The notes under the pieces are model-generated. The model did not search any database, was not told the origin of the DNA, and saw only the letters and a list, made by a program, of their open reading frames with translations. Positions 33,278 through 43,228 of a stretch of DNA of 64,000 bases are shown piece by piece. The first letter of the stretch is position 1, and every line of letters begins with the position of its first letter. The translations under genes and the position numbers were made by a program. The stretch is from Phycisphaerae bacterium (lineage in GTDB: Bacteria > Planctomycetota > Phycisphaerae > UBA1845): NCBI GenBank assembly GCA_020056715.1, contig JAGVHG010000140.1, positions 5,039-69,038 on the forward strand, written 5' to 3'.

Positions 33278-34489
33278 GTGTATTCTCGACCCTATCAATC
33301 GATCGTATCGGATACGAAACTTGACCGGCGCCGCTTCCTGCAAGTCGGGGCGGTCGGTGCGGGATTGATGCTGGGCACGCCGAGTGCGTGGGCCCAGGAG
33401 GCGGACAAGGCGACGCCGCCCCCGAAGCCAAAGACGAATATCGACGAAGCCCTCAAAGCGCCGCGTACGAAGTACTCGCTGCCCGGCCTGTACCCCGGCC
33501 GAGTCGTACACGTCCAGGACGACAAGGCGATGGTCAAGGATTCGCCGTCGCCATCGGTCGTGGAGCAGATGTTCAACCGTGGTTTGGAACAACTGACCGG
33601 AAAGGGCACGAAGGAGAGTTTCGGGCTGTTCTTTACGCCGGACGACGTTGTGGGGATCAAAGTGAATCCGGTCGGCTCCGGACTGATCAGCACAAAGCCG
33701 GAACTGGTGCAGGTGCTCGTGAGCTGGCTCACCGCGGGCGGTTTGCCCAAGGAACGGATCGTGATCTGGGACCGCTTCGATTACATGCTTGCGGATGCGG
33801 GCTATACCGCGGAACGGTTCCCGGGCGTCAAGATTGAGGGGCTGCAGACCATGGACGAACGGGCCGCGGAGGACCCGCAGGCCGACCAAAGCCGCTGGCG
33901 CGACGCGGACGGCAACCACATCAGCGCCTCCAATTTCGACAAGGACACGTTTTACTGGGCCGATGTCGAGGGCCCGCAGGACGCGGCATACCTCAACCAA
34001 CATGTGTTCAACGGCAAGCATTCCTACTTCGGCAAGCTTGTCACCCAGCGGCTTACGAAGATCATCAACGTTCCGGTGTTCAAGAACGCGGGGAACGGTA
34101 TTTCGATGGCCACGAAGAACCTCGGGTATGGCGCGATCTGCAATACGAACCGGCTGCACAAACCGTTGTTCTTCGATGTCTGCACCGAAGTCCTGGCTTT
34201 TCCTTGCATTCGGGACAAGCTGGTACTGAATGTCACCGACGGCCTGCGTGCCCAGTACGACGGCGGACCCATGCCCGCAGCTCAGTTTGCCTACGAGTTC
34301 AACTCCCTCTTTTTCGCAACGGACCCATTCGCACTCGATGCCGTGTGCCATCCGTTAATCATCGAAAAACGCAAGGAGCGGGGCGTGAAGGTTGACGAGC
34401 ACCCAAGATACACGGAATACCTGCGCTACGCGGAGCGGCTCGGCCTGGGCGTCGCCGATCCGGCGCGAATCACGAAGTTGAGCGCCTAG
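33278..34489 (+). CDS. Tat-exported DUF362 domain protein
   Basis: AAGGAG RBS, DRRRFLQ Tat motif, VGIKVN, INVPVFK...SMATKNLGYG and ATDPFALD. Confidence 0.85.
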   Translation: MYSRPYQSIVSDTKLDRRRFLQVGAVGAGLMLGTPSAWAQEADKATPPPKPKTNIDEALKAPRTKYSLPGLYPGRVVHVQDDKAMVKDSPSPSVVEQMFNRGLEQLTGKGTKESFGLFFTPDDVVGIKVNPVGSGLISTKPELVQVLVSWLTAGGLPKERIVIWDRFDYMLADAGYTAERFPGVKIEGLQTMDERAAEDPQADQSRWRDADGNHISASNFDKDTFYWADVEGPQDAAYLNQHVFNGKHSYFGKLVTQRLTKIINVPVFKNAGNGISMATKNLGYGAICNTNRLHKPLFFDVCTEVLAFPCIRDKLVLNVTDGLRAQYDGGPMPAAQFAYEFNSLFFATDPFALDAVCHPLIIEKRKERGVKVDEHPRYTEYLRYAERLGLGVADPARITKLSA

Positions 34490-34518
34490 TGTAGAAATTC
34501 GCGCTATTTGCATCTTAT

Positions 34519-34589
34519 CCGAGCCGCGACCGTGAGGGAGCGGACGGGGCGCCAAGCAATCAAACCGCTTCCTAACGGGCGCGGCTCGG
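34519..34589. repeat. REP-like inverted doublet
   Basis: CCGAGCCGCGACCGTGAGGGAGCGG...CCGCTTCCTAACGGGCGCGGCTCGG; a half copy TCACGGTCGCGGCTCGG lies at 53831-53847. Confidence 0.75.
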
Positions 34590-34611
34590 TTTTGAAAAGA
34601 AGGCGTGACGC

Positions 34612-35538
34612 ATGACGCGGGTCATCATCTTCTACTGCTCCGTGCTTCTGGCGGTACAGTCCGCCGGTTGTCGGAACGCCGATTCGCGACGCGGTGCGCC
34701 TTCCGGCGCAAACCGTCCTCCGGCAAGCGTCAGAGCGACGTTGCCACCGGGGAGTTTCGGCGCTTCGTGGTTCCCGGCGGGGCCGGAGAAGACATTCGTG
34801 AAGGAGGATCTTTTCAACCGCATCAACGGGGCGGCGGAACTGTTTGTGGAGATGGGCTTTCAGAGACTGCACGCCCAACGGTATCGCAACGGTGAGTCCG
34901 CGATTGATCTAGACCTCTATGAAATGGAAAACGCGACCGCCGCGATGGGCATGTATTTCCACAAACGCGGGCGTGAGACACCCATCGAGAGTCTTGTCGG
35001 TCGTCATACAGGCAACCGCTTTCAGATCACGGCGTGCAAGGGCGCCTATTTTTTCCAAATCAACAATTTCAGCGGCAAAGCGGAACTGTTGCCGGCCATG
35101 TCGGAACTCGCGCGGTCCGTGTTCAGCACAATTCCTGCCGAGGAGCCAATTGGACTCCTCGACGTTCTCTCAAAACAAGGCCTTGTTGCCGGCTCCGAGA
35201 TCATCGTTCGCGGACCGCAGTCTCTGCAAACGATTTATTACCTAGGAGAGGGGGACATTCTGGAGCTTGACGGACGAATCTTCGGCATTGCCGGGGATTA
35301 TGTCCAGGACGACAACGACCGGCTCACTCAACTGGTCATACCTTATGGCGACCCTGCCCGAGCGAGGTCGGTATTCGGACATCTGGCAGCACATTTGGAC
35401 CCGCAACTGCACGTGATCCGGCACGACGAGCGGGAACTGGTTTTCCGCGATATCAAGGACAAGTGCGGAGGGGCGCTTGTTGCTGAGGACCGTTTGGAAC
35501 TGCGCTTACAATCGCCCTGTGCAGTTTTTTCCCATTGA
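34612..35538 (+). CDS. DUF6599-like lipoprotein
   Basis: SAGC lipobox; LFNRINGAAELF..MGF...DLYEM...A.GMY. Confidence 0.75.
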   Translation: MTRVIIFYCSVLLAVQSAGCRNADSRRGAPSGANRPPASVRATLPPGSFGASWFPAGPEKTFVKEDLFNRINGAAELFVEMGFQRLHAQRYRNGESAIDLDLYEMENATAAMGMYFHKRGRETPIESLVGRHTGNRFQITACKGAYFFQINNFSGKAELLPAMSELARSVFSTIPAEEPIGLLDVLSKQGLVAGSEIIVRGPQSLQTIYYLGEGDILELDGRIFGIAGDYVQDDNDRLTQLVIPYGDPARARSVFGHLAAHLDPQLHVIRHDERELVFRDIKDKCGGALVAEDRLELRLQSPCAVFSH

Positions 35539-35791
35539 TCGCGAGGGAAACAGAAACGGATGGATCTCTTCTCTGAGTTTTTTAATTGAGTTGTCCATCT
35601 CGATCGCCATCCGGCGTCCTTGATTGTCCGAAGTGCGAAGGTTGGGCTGAGGAGATTCAGGAGTTGCATTGGACACGGGCGCGTTATGCGCCTCTCCTGT
35701 CGATATCCGATTGGCGCGTTGGTAGGCTGCGCCGGCGGGTGACACAGATCGCCGTCCGCGCCACGAGTGGTTCTACTGGGGAGCAGAGCGT

Positions 35792-36238
35792 ATGCATTTG
35801 AGCCCGTGGTTCAACGCGTACAAGCCTGCTGCATCGGCCAGAAGTCATGCGTTTTTGGCTGCGTCCATGTGGACTGTTGTGGGGACGGTTTTAGCGTTTG
35901 TAGGCGTGCGTTGGGTTATCAGCAGCAGCCTTCCCCATGCGTGGTTATTCGTGCTCATCGCGGCCGCGGCGGGGGTGCTCAAGTCGCGGTTCGTCCTCGA
36001 GCGATCGGCCAACCGAGCCATGGAGCGCATCCAGGGGCGCGGGGACGGGCGCTGCGTCGGTGGGTTCTTCTCGTTCAGGGCATGGGTCTTTGTGGTGGCG
36101 ATGGCGTTCCTGGGAAGGATCCTGCGTGGGAGCCTGCTTCCTCATTACGTCGTTGGTCTGCTGTATATCGCCGTCGGAATCGCGCTGGTGCTCGCCTGCC
36201 GCAAGCTGTGGGTGGGCTGGTACCGACTGGGGCGCTGA
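35792..36238 (+). CDS. Hypothetical 4-TM membrane protein
   Basis: Hydrophobic helices with GVLKSRFVL...RCVGGFFS...MAFLG. Confidence 0.75.
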   Translation: MHLSPWFNAYKPAASARSHAFLAASMWTVVGTVLAFVGVRWVISSSLPHAWLFVLIAAAAGVLKSRFVLERSANRAMERIQGRGDGRCVGGFFSFRAWVFVVAMAFLGRILRGSLLPHYVVGLLYIAVGIALVLACRKLWVGWYRLGR

Positions 36239-36251
36239 GGCGTTGAGTTGA

Positions 36252-36389
36252 ATCGCAGGCGCCATCAGCGGGGCGTACAATGGGCTTGATGCGATCCCGG
36301 AGAAGTGGCGGGCTGAGGTCGAAAACGCTTCTTATCTTCTTCAGATCGCCGCTGAACTTCTTGATGCAAGTTGCCGGTCGAGTAGGTGA
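36252..36389 (+). pseudogene. C-terminal relic of an ADP-ribosylglycohydrolase
   Basis: IAGAISGAYNGLDAIPEKWRAEVENASYLLQIAAELL, preceded by an in-frame stop and lacking a start. Confidence 0.65.
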
Positions 36390-36433
36390 TGGTTCGATTG
36401 TTGCGAACGAAGGGCCGTCTGTGACCGCGGTCC

Positions 36434-37645
36434 TCACTTCGCAAAAAGCCGGTCGAAAGTGATCGCGATCGGCGGATTGTTGGGAGCGGGAACGAGCTTG
36501 TCCCCAATCGTGGCAAAGGCGATTTCCAGGAGGCGCGCCTGCGGGTAGACCACGACGGAATGCAACGTCACGTTTTCCAGCTGGTCGACCGCCACGGCAC
36601 GCAGCGCTTTCCACGCCGCTTCATCGCTTACCGGCGAAGTGACCAAGTCCGTCAGTTTCCGATACCGGGTGGCCGACGACCCCGACCCATTTGCGTTTGA
36701 TGCGGGCAGATAATGGTTGGTCGTCAGGCAGATGGCGCCTTCGGCGCGGTTCTCACTCAGACCGTTGGCATCGACTCGATAGACTCGCGCAGGGGGCGAT
36801 TTATCATCGGCCGCACGCGGGGCCACGATCCGAACCATGTAGCTGAACGGATAAGGCGTGATCGCCTTCAACTGCTTCTCGGCGAGGGTCAGCGCTTGGG
36901 TGGCATCGGTGGATTCCAGCAAGCCGGTGAGGGTCAGGGCAAGCGGCGCATATCGGCCGGCCGGGCTGGAGAGCCTCGGCCCATCGCCATCATGCATAAA
37001 CGCGCACACCCCGGCATCGTTGATTCCGGTGAATGATCCGATGTAGCCGGGCGGGGCGACGCTGGCGACGGCGTGGCGCCCCGTCGGCAGGCGGACCAGG
37101 ATTTGGCCGACCATTCCCTTGCGGCTGACCAGCCCAAAGTCGAAGTTGCGGCCTGTGATCAAGCCTGCCGGGCCCGCGGCCTCGCCCCAGACAGTGAAGC
37201 CCGAGCATCCGAAGGCACGCATCGCATCCATGGCATTGGTCAGAATCAGATCATCGAGTTGCAGCGGACGCCCGACGAAAGTTAGTTGCGGGAGCGCACC
37301 TTTGGCAGCCTTGATTCCGTCGAGGATGCCGACCAGCTCCGCGCGCGCATCGTTCGGGAATTCGAAGGCCTTCGCGGCTTCAGCCACCGCGTGAGAATAC
37401 TTTTTCGGATCGCCCGCGAAAAAGGTGGAACCGCTTTCGTTCACATAGGCGGCGATGTCATCCGCCAAGAGGAAGCCGTGGGCAAAGCCCATCTCCTGCG
37501 GCGTTCCCCAGACCCGCAGGACGCGGATGGATTCGATATGATCGATCCGGCCGTTGATTGGAGGCGCTGACCGGGCCGAGGCCAACGGCCCGACGGTCAA
37601 TAGCAGGAACAGCAATTGCCAAAGCAAGGTTCGATTTCTGGACAT
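36434..37645 (-). CDS. Secreted C45-family Ntn-hydrolase (autoproteolytic acyltransferase/hydrolase)
   Basis: Signal peptide, G.P.EMGFAHG, FG-CSGF (nucleophile Cys), GRNFDF, GINDAG and TNH. Confidence 0.85.
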   Translation of the reverse strand: MSRNRTLLWQLLFLLLTVGPLASARSAPPINGRIDHIESIRVLRVWGTPQEMGFAHGFLLADDIAAYVNESGSTFFAGDPKKYSHAVAEAAKAFEFPNDARAELVGILDGIKAAKGALPQLTFVGRPLQLDDLILTNAMDAMRAFGCSGFTVWGEAAGPAGLITGRNFDFGLVSRKGMVGQILVRLPTGRHAVASVAPPGYIGSFTGINDAGVCAFMHDGDGPRLSSPAGRYAPLALTLTGLLESTDATQALTLAEKQLKAITPYPFSYMVRIVAPRAADDKSPPARVYRVDANGLSENRAEGAICLTTNHYLPASNANGSGSSATRYRKLTDLVTSPVSDEAAWKALRAVAVDQLENVTLHSVVVYPQARLLEIAFATIGDKLVPAPNNPPIAITFDRLFAK

Positions 37646-38351
37646 GAATACCCTCCGTAAGGCCCTCGGAACCGACATCTCGTGTCGATCGATTCTCAAG
37701 CCGACATCGTAGCCGGGCGAACCGACTGATTCAAATGTAAGCGGCCAATTCAGCGTTTGTGCGTGTCCAGCAGCCGACTTCACGATTCCTCGCTGCTTCT
37801 TAGCGTACCGACAGCGATTCCGTACTCCGGGCACACGCCGAGACGATTCCCGTCAAACCAAGTTCGCACCTCATGCATAGATATTTCCGCAAGGTCATTT
37901 AGGCCGCAATTTCATGGTGAACTTTTATTCGGGATGGAACTCTGTCCAAACCATTCGATCAGAACCGGGTCCCTACTGTCGTCGGCCGGCGCATGTCTCA
38001 AGAGAGACGACCTTCTTCAGAGGTAACCGTTCACATCCCGACAGCACATAGAACGGGGGCGGGGCTGGCGGCGCGGTGGGCGACGACGGTCCGCCAGAGG
38101 CGGAGTAGTCAAGGACGGGGTGGTGTTGCCGTCGTAACGTTTGGACCACGGTCAGAAGGCGTTCCGCGAAGCGACAGCCCGCGTCGCTGTGGTTGCTGAA
38201 GCTTACTTGCGCCAGATCGCGGCACGTCGCAGTCCGCCAGAGGCGGATTCGGCGTGGTTGTTAGTCGGCTCCACGCCCTCCACCCGTGCAAAGACTTGTC
38301 CTGAGCCTCGAAGGATTCGACATTCGCCATTCCACGCGTTAGCGTGGCTTC

Positions 38352-38732
38352 ATGTCCATCATCGGTCATGGCCTCGATCTCGTGGAGTGCGCCCGCATCG
38401 CGAAGGTTTTCAAGAATCACGGCGTACGGTTTCTCGATCGCGTCCTAACGCCCGCCGAGCAAGAACGGGCCAAGCAGTACAAAGATCCCATCCCCTTCAT
38501 CGCCGGTCGCTTCGCGGCCAAGGAGGCGATCCTCAAGATGATCGGCACGGGCTGGCGAGGCGGCATCGCCTGGACTGACATGGAGGTCCTCCCCGACTCC
38601 CTGGGCCGACCCGTCGTGACCCTCACCGGCGAAACCACCCGCCTCGCCGCCCAGCTCGGTATCCAACGGATTCTTCTCTCCATCACCCACACGGAACAAC
38701 TTGCCGCCGCGTCGGCTATTGGAATCGCTTAA
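38352..38732 (+). CDS. acpS: Holo-[acyl-carrier-protein] synthase
   Basis: Motifs GHGLDLVE..RI, AGRFAAKEA..K..GTG and LSITH. Confidence 0.95.
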   Translation: MSIIGHGLDLVECARIAKVFKNHGVRFLDRVLTPAEQERAKQYKDPIPFIAGRFAAKEAILKMIGTGWRGGIAWTDMEVLPDSLGRPVVTLTGETTRLAAQLGIQRILLSITHTEQLAAASAIGIA

Positions 38733-38735
38733 CTT

Positions 38736-39013
38736 GGGTCTGGCCATTTCTGATGGTCGGGAGGAATGATTCGCGACCTGCTTTGATTGCGTGAGGATGC
38801 GGCGGCTGACAGAATCCTGGGGTGTTTGTACGGTGGAGACACCTTTCAGGAGAGAACGATGGACAGGGATGTTTTGATGCAGCAGATGACGGATCGTTTT
38901 CAGGAGTTGTACAACCGTGCCTTGGACGCATTGGACCTTGCGCCCGACGGGCAGTGGGAGCAACACTGGCAAAACCGAAAAACCGCCTGATGCCAAAATC
39001 CGTGGCCAGGCCC
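38736..39013 (+). mobile_element. Internally deleted IS remnant/MITE (ISKra4-like)
   Basis: Terminal inverted repeats GGGTCTGGCCA / TGGCCAGGCCC (10/11) enclose a short ORF, MDRDVLMQQM...LAPDGQW-EQHWQNRKTA*, whose stop lies just inside the right end. Confidence 0.55.
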
Positions 39014-39134
39014 CCCCCGCCTCAGGACAACCGAGTCCGTTGGCACGCTCAACCTCGCACGTTTAGAATCCGCCGCTATCGAAACCGAAGATTGGTTGGC
39101 GACCGCCGGAGCTTGACGAGTGCTCGAACGACAG

Positions 39135-40319
39135 ATGACCCTGATGGATATCCTGCGGACGTATTGGCCGATCCTGGCCGTCTCGTTCGGGGTCTCCGTC
39201 GTTTGCACGCCGATCTGCCGACGCTTCGCGTTACGCCATCAGATTGTCGATCGGCCCGATGATTTCCTGAAACCACACAAGCGGCCCGTACCGTATCTGG
39301 GCGGCGTGGCCATCTTCCTGGGTTGGGCGGCCGGGGTCGTCTTGGCGTTCCTCCTGTTCGACCAGGTCCGGGCGACCGACTCGCCCTGGACGCCCGGCGA
39401 ATCGCAGCGCGGCGGGCCGGCGATGGATCCCGTGTTGACCATCGGCATCCTGCTTGGCGCGACGGGTATTATGCTGCTGGGTCTCTTCGACGACCTTCGG
39501 ATGATGTCGCCGAGGATCAAGCTCGCCGGCATCGCCGCGGTCACGGCGGTGTTGATCCTGTGCGGCCTGGGCGACGACTCGATTCTCATCGTGCTGCGGA
39601 CCACGGGACTGAATCAGCAGGACTTCGACCGGGTGCTCATCCTCATCTACTCCGTCCCGCTCACCCTGTTCATCACCATGGCCGCCTGCAACGCGACGAA
39701 CCTCATCGACGGCGTCGACGGCCTGTGCTCGGGCGTCCTCGGCATCATCGCCGGCGGCTTCCTGATTCTCTCCGTACACATGCACCTTTACAGCGATTGG
39801 CACCCGTGGGACGTGGAGCGCGTGACGCTCTCGCTCGCGATGATGGGCGCGGCGCTGGGCTTCCTGCCCTATAACCGCAACCCCGCCAAGATCTTCATGG
39901 GCGACGCAGGTTCGATGTTGCTCGGTCTGAACGCCGCGATTCTGCTGCTCCTGTTCAGCAAGTCCAGCGCGATCCGCTGGATGCTGGCGTCGCTCATGGT
40001 CTTCGCCCTGCCGCTGGCGGACATGATCCTCGCGATGGTACGGAGGTGGCGGTACGAGAAACCGATCATGCAGGGCGATCGAAGCCACTTTTACGATCAA
40101 TTACTCGACCGCGGCTGGTCCGTGCGAAAAGTAGTCACGATCAGCTACGCCCTTGCCGCATTCTTCGCCTTCATGGGTTGCATCTCGATCACGCTGCGGA
40201 CGCGGTACATCATCCTACTGTACGCGGGCGTGGTGTTCGCCGTCTGCCGGCTCATCGTCAAGTTCCGCATGGTCCGTATGGATCGCGGTGGACCCAAAGA
40301 AGACCGAGCCGCCCGTTGA
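39135..40319 (+). CDS. wecA: MraY/WecA/TagO-family UDP-GlcNAc:undecaprenyl-phosphate transferase
   Basis: Motifs VDRP..KPH..PVPYLGG, GLFDD, NATNLIDGVDGL, FMGDAGS and DRSH. Confidence 0.88.
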   Translation: MTLMDILRTYWPILAVSFGVSVVCTPICRRFALRHQIVDRPDDFLKPHKRPVPYLGGVAIFLGWAAGVVLAFLLFDQVRATDSPWTPGESQRGGPAMDPVLTIGILLGATGIMLLGLFDDLRMMSPRIKLAGIAAVTAVLILCGLGDDSILIVLRTTGLNQQDFDRVLILIYSVPLTLFITMAACNATNLIDGVDGLCSGVLGIIAGGFLILSVHMHLYSDWHPWDVERVTLSLAMMGAALGFLPYNRNPAKIFMGDAGSMLLGLNAAILLLLFSKSSAIRWMLASLMVFALPLADMILAMVRRWRYEKPIMQGDRSHFYDQLLDRGWSVRKVVTISYALAAFFAFMGCISITLRTRYIILLYAGVVFAVCRLIVKFRMVRMDRGGPKEDRAAR

Positions 40320-40372
40320 GGTGCAGGCACTCAGTACCGTCCGCCGCAGGTGGATGAGGGAGCGGGCGCGTC

Positions 40373-41911
40373 CTACGGCATTCCTACCAGCAGATACAAA
40401 TCCCCGACTCGCTGCCAGGCTCCCACGGGTGGTTCGATTCGCGGCAACTCCCTGTTTGCGGGAACAAGGACCACCGATCTGTGGGCATCGACGGCATCAC
40501 CCGCCGTCTCGGCGGGCAGACTGCTTACGATTTGCAGTTCGTCATAGTCGGCCCGGAGCGCTTGATAGCGCACGGCAAACTCGGCCATGCCATCTTCAAC
40601 GATGATGATCCCATCGGCTCCCGCCAACGCCACGGCCTCGCGGCTCATTCGCTCCGCGGACCGCTCCACGATCGACCACGGCGTGAAAATATACACATAG
40701 TCGTCCCGGTACGGCTTGTGCCGCTCCATCGACGCCAGCACCTTCCAATGTCGCGCGACATCGGGCAGAACGGCGTATAGGCAGGGTGTCAGGCCTAGCA
40801 ATCCGCAGGCCGCCACCAACGCCACAGCGCGGCGCGCGCCGCTCGCGCGATCGAGAAACCCCGCGACCCCGACACCGCCGAAGATCGACAGAATAACGTA
40901 CATGGGCAGGAAAAACGTGTACCGGTCCCACATCGGGTACCGCAGGACGAACACCGCGTGAATCAGCAAGCCCGCTAGCAGCGCTCGTCGCACGAGTGGG
41001 GATGAGATCAACCGCGTCGAGCGAATGATCCCGTAGGCAGCAACCGGCAAGAGCAAGTTAGGAAAGTTGAGGGCCAGGAAACCGGCGCTCAAGAGCAACT
41101 CCCGCGCGGACAACGTCGTATTGAGGACCTCGTTCCGGAAGCCTTGTCCGAACAGCGTCGAGCGGATCGTTCCCGCATAGTCCGATGTGCGGAGCCACTC
41201 GCTGAGCACCAGGCAGCCGTAGGGCGCCGCGCCGAGCAACCACAGCCCCGCAGCCGCCGCAACGTCGCGAATGCGGATTGCCTTTCTCCAGGCCTCATGC
41301 AGTACAACCACCCCAAGCACCGGAGTGGTTAGTGCTGCGAGTAGATGGTTCGATACGCCCAATCCATTGAGCAGCAGCGTGCCCCACAAATAGACCGGCC
41401 GCCGCGTCTTGGCATACAGGATCAGGAACCAGCATTCCCCCGAGAACAACGCCGCGGCGAACGTATACGTCTCCGTCAGCGTCGCCATCTGCCAGAACGT
41501 GTGCGCAATAGCGAGTGACAGCGCCGCGAAAAGCGCCGCCGGCCATTGCCGGGTCAGCGTAAACACGCACCCAAACGTGTTCGCCACTGCGATCGCCGCC
41601 GCCAGCGTGCTCACCAAAGTCACGGCGAAACACGGTTCAAACAAGTTGAGGGATACCGCGAACCTTCCGAGCCAGTGATGTAATGGATGACTCAACGCCA
41701 ACCCGAGCGGGTTAACCGGCTCTTGGGTCACTATGCGCAGGATGTGGTTCCCGGAGTCCTGCCATTGCGCCCCGCGATTCGCGGTGGCCGCATACAGCGC
41801 GAAGCCGGCGGTGAAGAGCGCGAACCATGCAACACACACCGTTCGCGTTTTCCCACCAGGGTCAGCGGATGGTAAGGCCGGTAATTCGAGCCTCGAAAAC
41901 GAGTTTACCAT
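40373..41911 (-). CDS. DUF2723/TMEM260-like GT-C membrane glycosyltransferase
   Basis: LYAAT...WQDSG...SHPL, FWQMA..TETY, GVSNH; many TMs. Start uncertain because of a 50-nt overlap with fabZ. Confidence 0.7.
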   Translation of the reverse strand: MVNSFSRLELPALPSADPGGKTRTVCVAWFALFTAGFALYAATANRGAQWQDSGNHILRIVTQEPVNPLGLALSHPLHHWLGRFAVSLNLFEPCFAVTLVSTLAAAIAVANTFGCVFTLTRQWPAALFAALSLAIAHTFWQMATLTETYTFAAALFSGECWFLILYAKTRRPVYLWGTLLLNGLGVSNHLLAALTTPVLGVVVLHEAWRKAIRIRDVAAAAGLWLLGAAPYGCLVLSEWLRTSDYAGTIRSTLFGQGFRNEVLNTTLSARELLLSAGFLALNFPNLLLPVAAYGIIRSTRLISSPLVRRALLAGLLIHAVFVLRYPMWDRYTFFLPMYVILSIFGGVGVAGFLDRASGARRAVALVAACGLLGLTPCLYAVLPDVARHWKVLASMERHKPYRDDYVYIFTPWSIVERSAERMSREAVALAGADGIIIVEDGMAEFAVRYQALRADYDELQIVSSLPAETAGDAVDAHRSVVLVPANRELPRIEPPVGAWQRVGDLYLLVGMP

Positions 41912-42335
41912 CCATCACACCCTGTGTGTCCGAAACGATCCGACGCGGACGAAAGTCGACGCCGACCCCGATGATGTAGAGACGCGCCGGTGGAACGACG
42001 GTCTCCCGGAATTTGCAGTTGTCCACCCCGCCGAACCCGATGAACGTGTCGCACCCGCGCAGCTTGGCCAGAACGGCACTGGCCTGAGCCGCCATCTCCA
42101 GCATGAGCACACCGGGCAGCAGCGGTCGATTGGGCACGTGTCCGCGAACCCACCAATCCTCGGATCGAATATCGGCGAACGCGACGATTCGCTGGCCTTC
42201 CGGGTCAACCATACAGACCCCGTCAAGAACCCGGAACTCGAAACGTTGGGGAAGTCGTTCGTAAATCTCGTCCTTGGTCAAACAGACCCGGTCGAGATCG
42301 AGTTGTTGAAGGTCAACAAGAAGGGGGGGCGGCAT
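41862..42335 (-). CDS. fabZ: 3-hydroxyacyl-ACP dehydratase (FabZ/FabA family)
   Basis: LPQR.EF..LD, WW.RGHVP.RPLLPGVLMLEMAAQ and KFR..V.P. Confidence 0.88.
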   Translation of the reverse strand: MPPPLLVDLQQLDLDRVCLTKDEIYERLPQRFEFRVLDGVCMVDPEGQRIVAFADIRSEDWWVRGHVPNRPLLPGVLMLEMAAQASAVLAKLRGCDTFIGFGGVDNCKFRETVVPPARLYIIGVGVDFRPRRIVSDTQGVMDGKLVFEARITGLTIR

Positions 42336-42564
42336 GCAGCATAGACTCCGTGTAGGACGCCGATCCACGCGACAGCAGCCGGCCCCTTGAGGCCGGCTGC
42401 GAGGTGTGACATGCGACGGACAAAGGAGGTGGTCCGACCACACAACCGCGGTGGCAACAGGTTCTCGCCGCTCACGCCGTCAGCACAAACACCCTTGAGT
42501 GTTTGGGCGAGACGTTAGCCTTAACGGCGACGCGAGCGGGTTGGAACGCGGCACCGTTGCGAGA

Positions 42565-42744
42565 TTAGCTCGTCGGCTGCGAGCGGACCTCCAGAATCTT
42601 CTTTCGTACGGTCTGCGCGGTGTCCTTGATATCTTGCATGGCCTTACGAACCCGTGTACCCGCGGCCTTGTTCCCTCCCGACGCCTTGGCGACGTCATCC
42701 GCAGCGGCCTCCACGAGTTCCTTCAGACGTTCATAGTCCTGCAT
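42565..42744 (-). CDS. Short histone H1-like (Hc1 family) protein
   Basis: D..K...GNKAAGTRVRKAMQDIK..AQ..RK signature. Confidence 0.85.
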   Translation of the reverse strand: MQDYERLKELVEAAADDVAKASGGNKAAGTRVRKAMQDIKDTAQTVRKKILEVRSQPTS

Positions 42745-43002
42745 GTTCACACTCTCCGATCATCGCGAACCGGGCGACGGCGTCACAGTAAACATTTCGT
42801 GGCCCTGTAGATTCTAACCAGGCCACGATCCTACCAAACGTATCTTACTCCACTCATCGGCTCTGCCGCACCAGAAACTGCCCTTTTATCGCCTTGAAGG
42901 ACGGGATCAAGCCCCTCGTTCAGGATTGGACACCAACTAATTGTCCGTATAAAGCAAATATAATGAATAACACTGCATTTCGTGGCCCTCGTCATTTTAC
43001 AC

Positions 43003-43210
43003 TGTCGGTGGTCGGTAAGGTACAATCCAAACGACTCGGAGGTGTGGATGAACCTCGGATGACGTCGCGGTGTATCAAGGTGACAAAGTGTTGGCACGCG
43101 ATTGCTACACCCGGGCGACGAACATTGATCCCCAGGCGGACATGACCATCGCCGAAGCGCAGCAGCGGCTCGTCTTGATGACCACTATGAAAACCTTCCG
43201 CGGTCTTTAA
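43003..43210 (+). pseudogene. Frameshifted C-terminal TPR relic
   Basis: RYNPNDSEVWMNLG, then one extra base at about 43060, then DVAVYQGDKVLARDCYTRATNIDPQADMTIAEAQQRL. Confidence 0.6.
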
Positions 43211-43228
43211 CCGAAGAGTAAGTAAACC

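Noticed and set aside
35540-35790. Short ORF fragments (e.g. MAIEMDNSIKKLREEI, CPKC)
   Set aside because: Possibly gene relics, but too short to assign.
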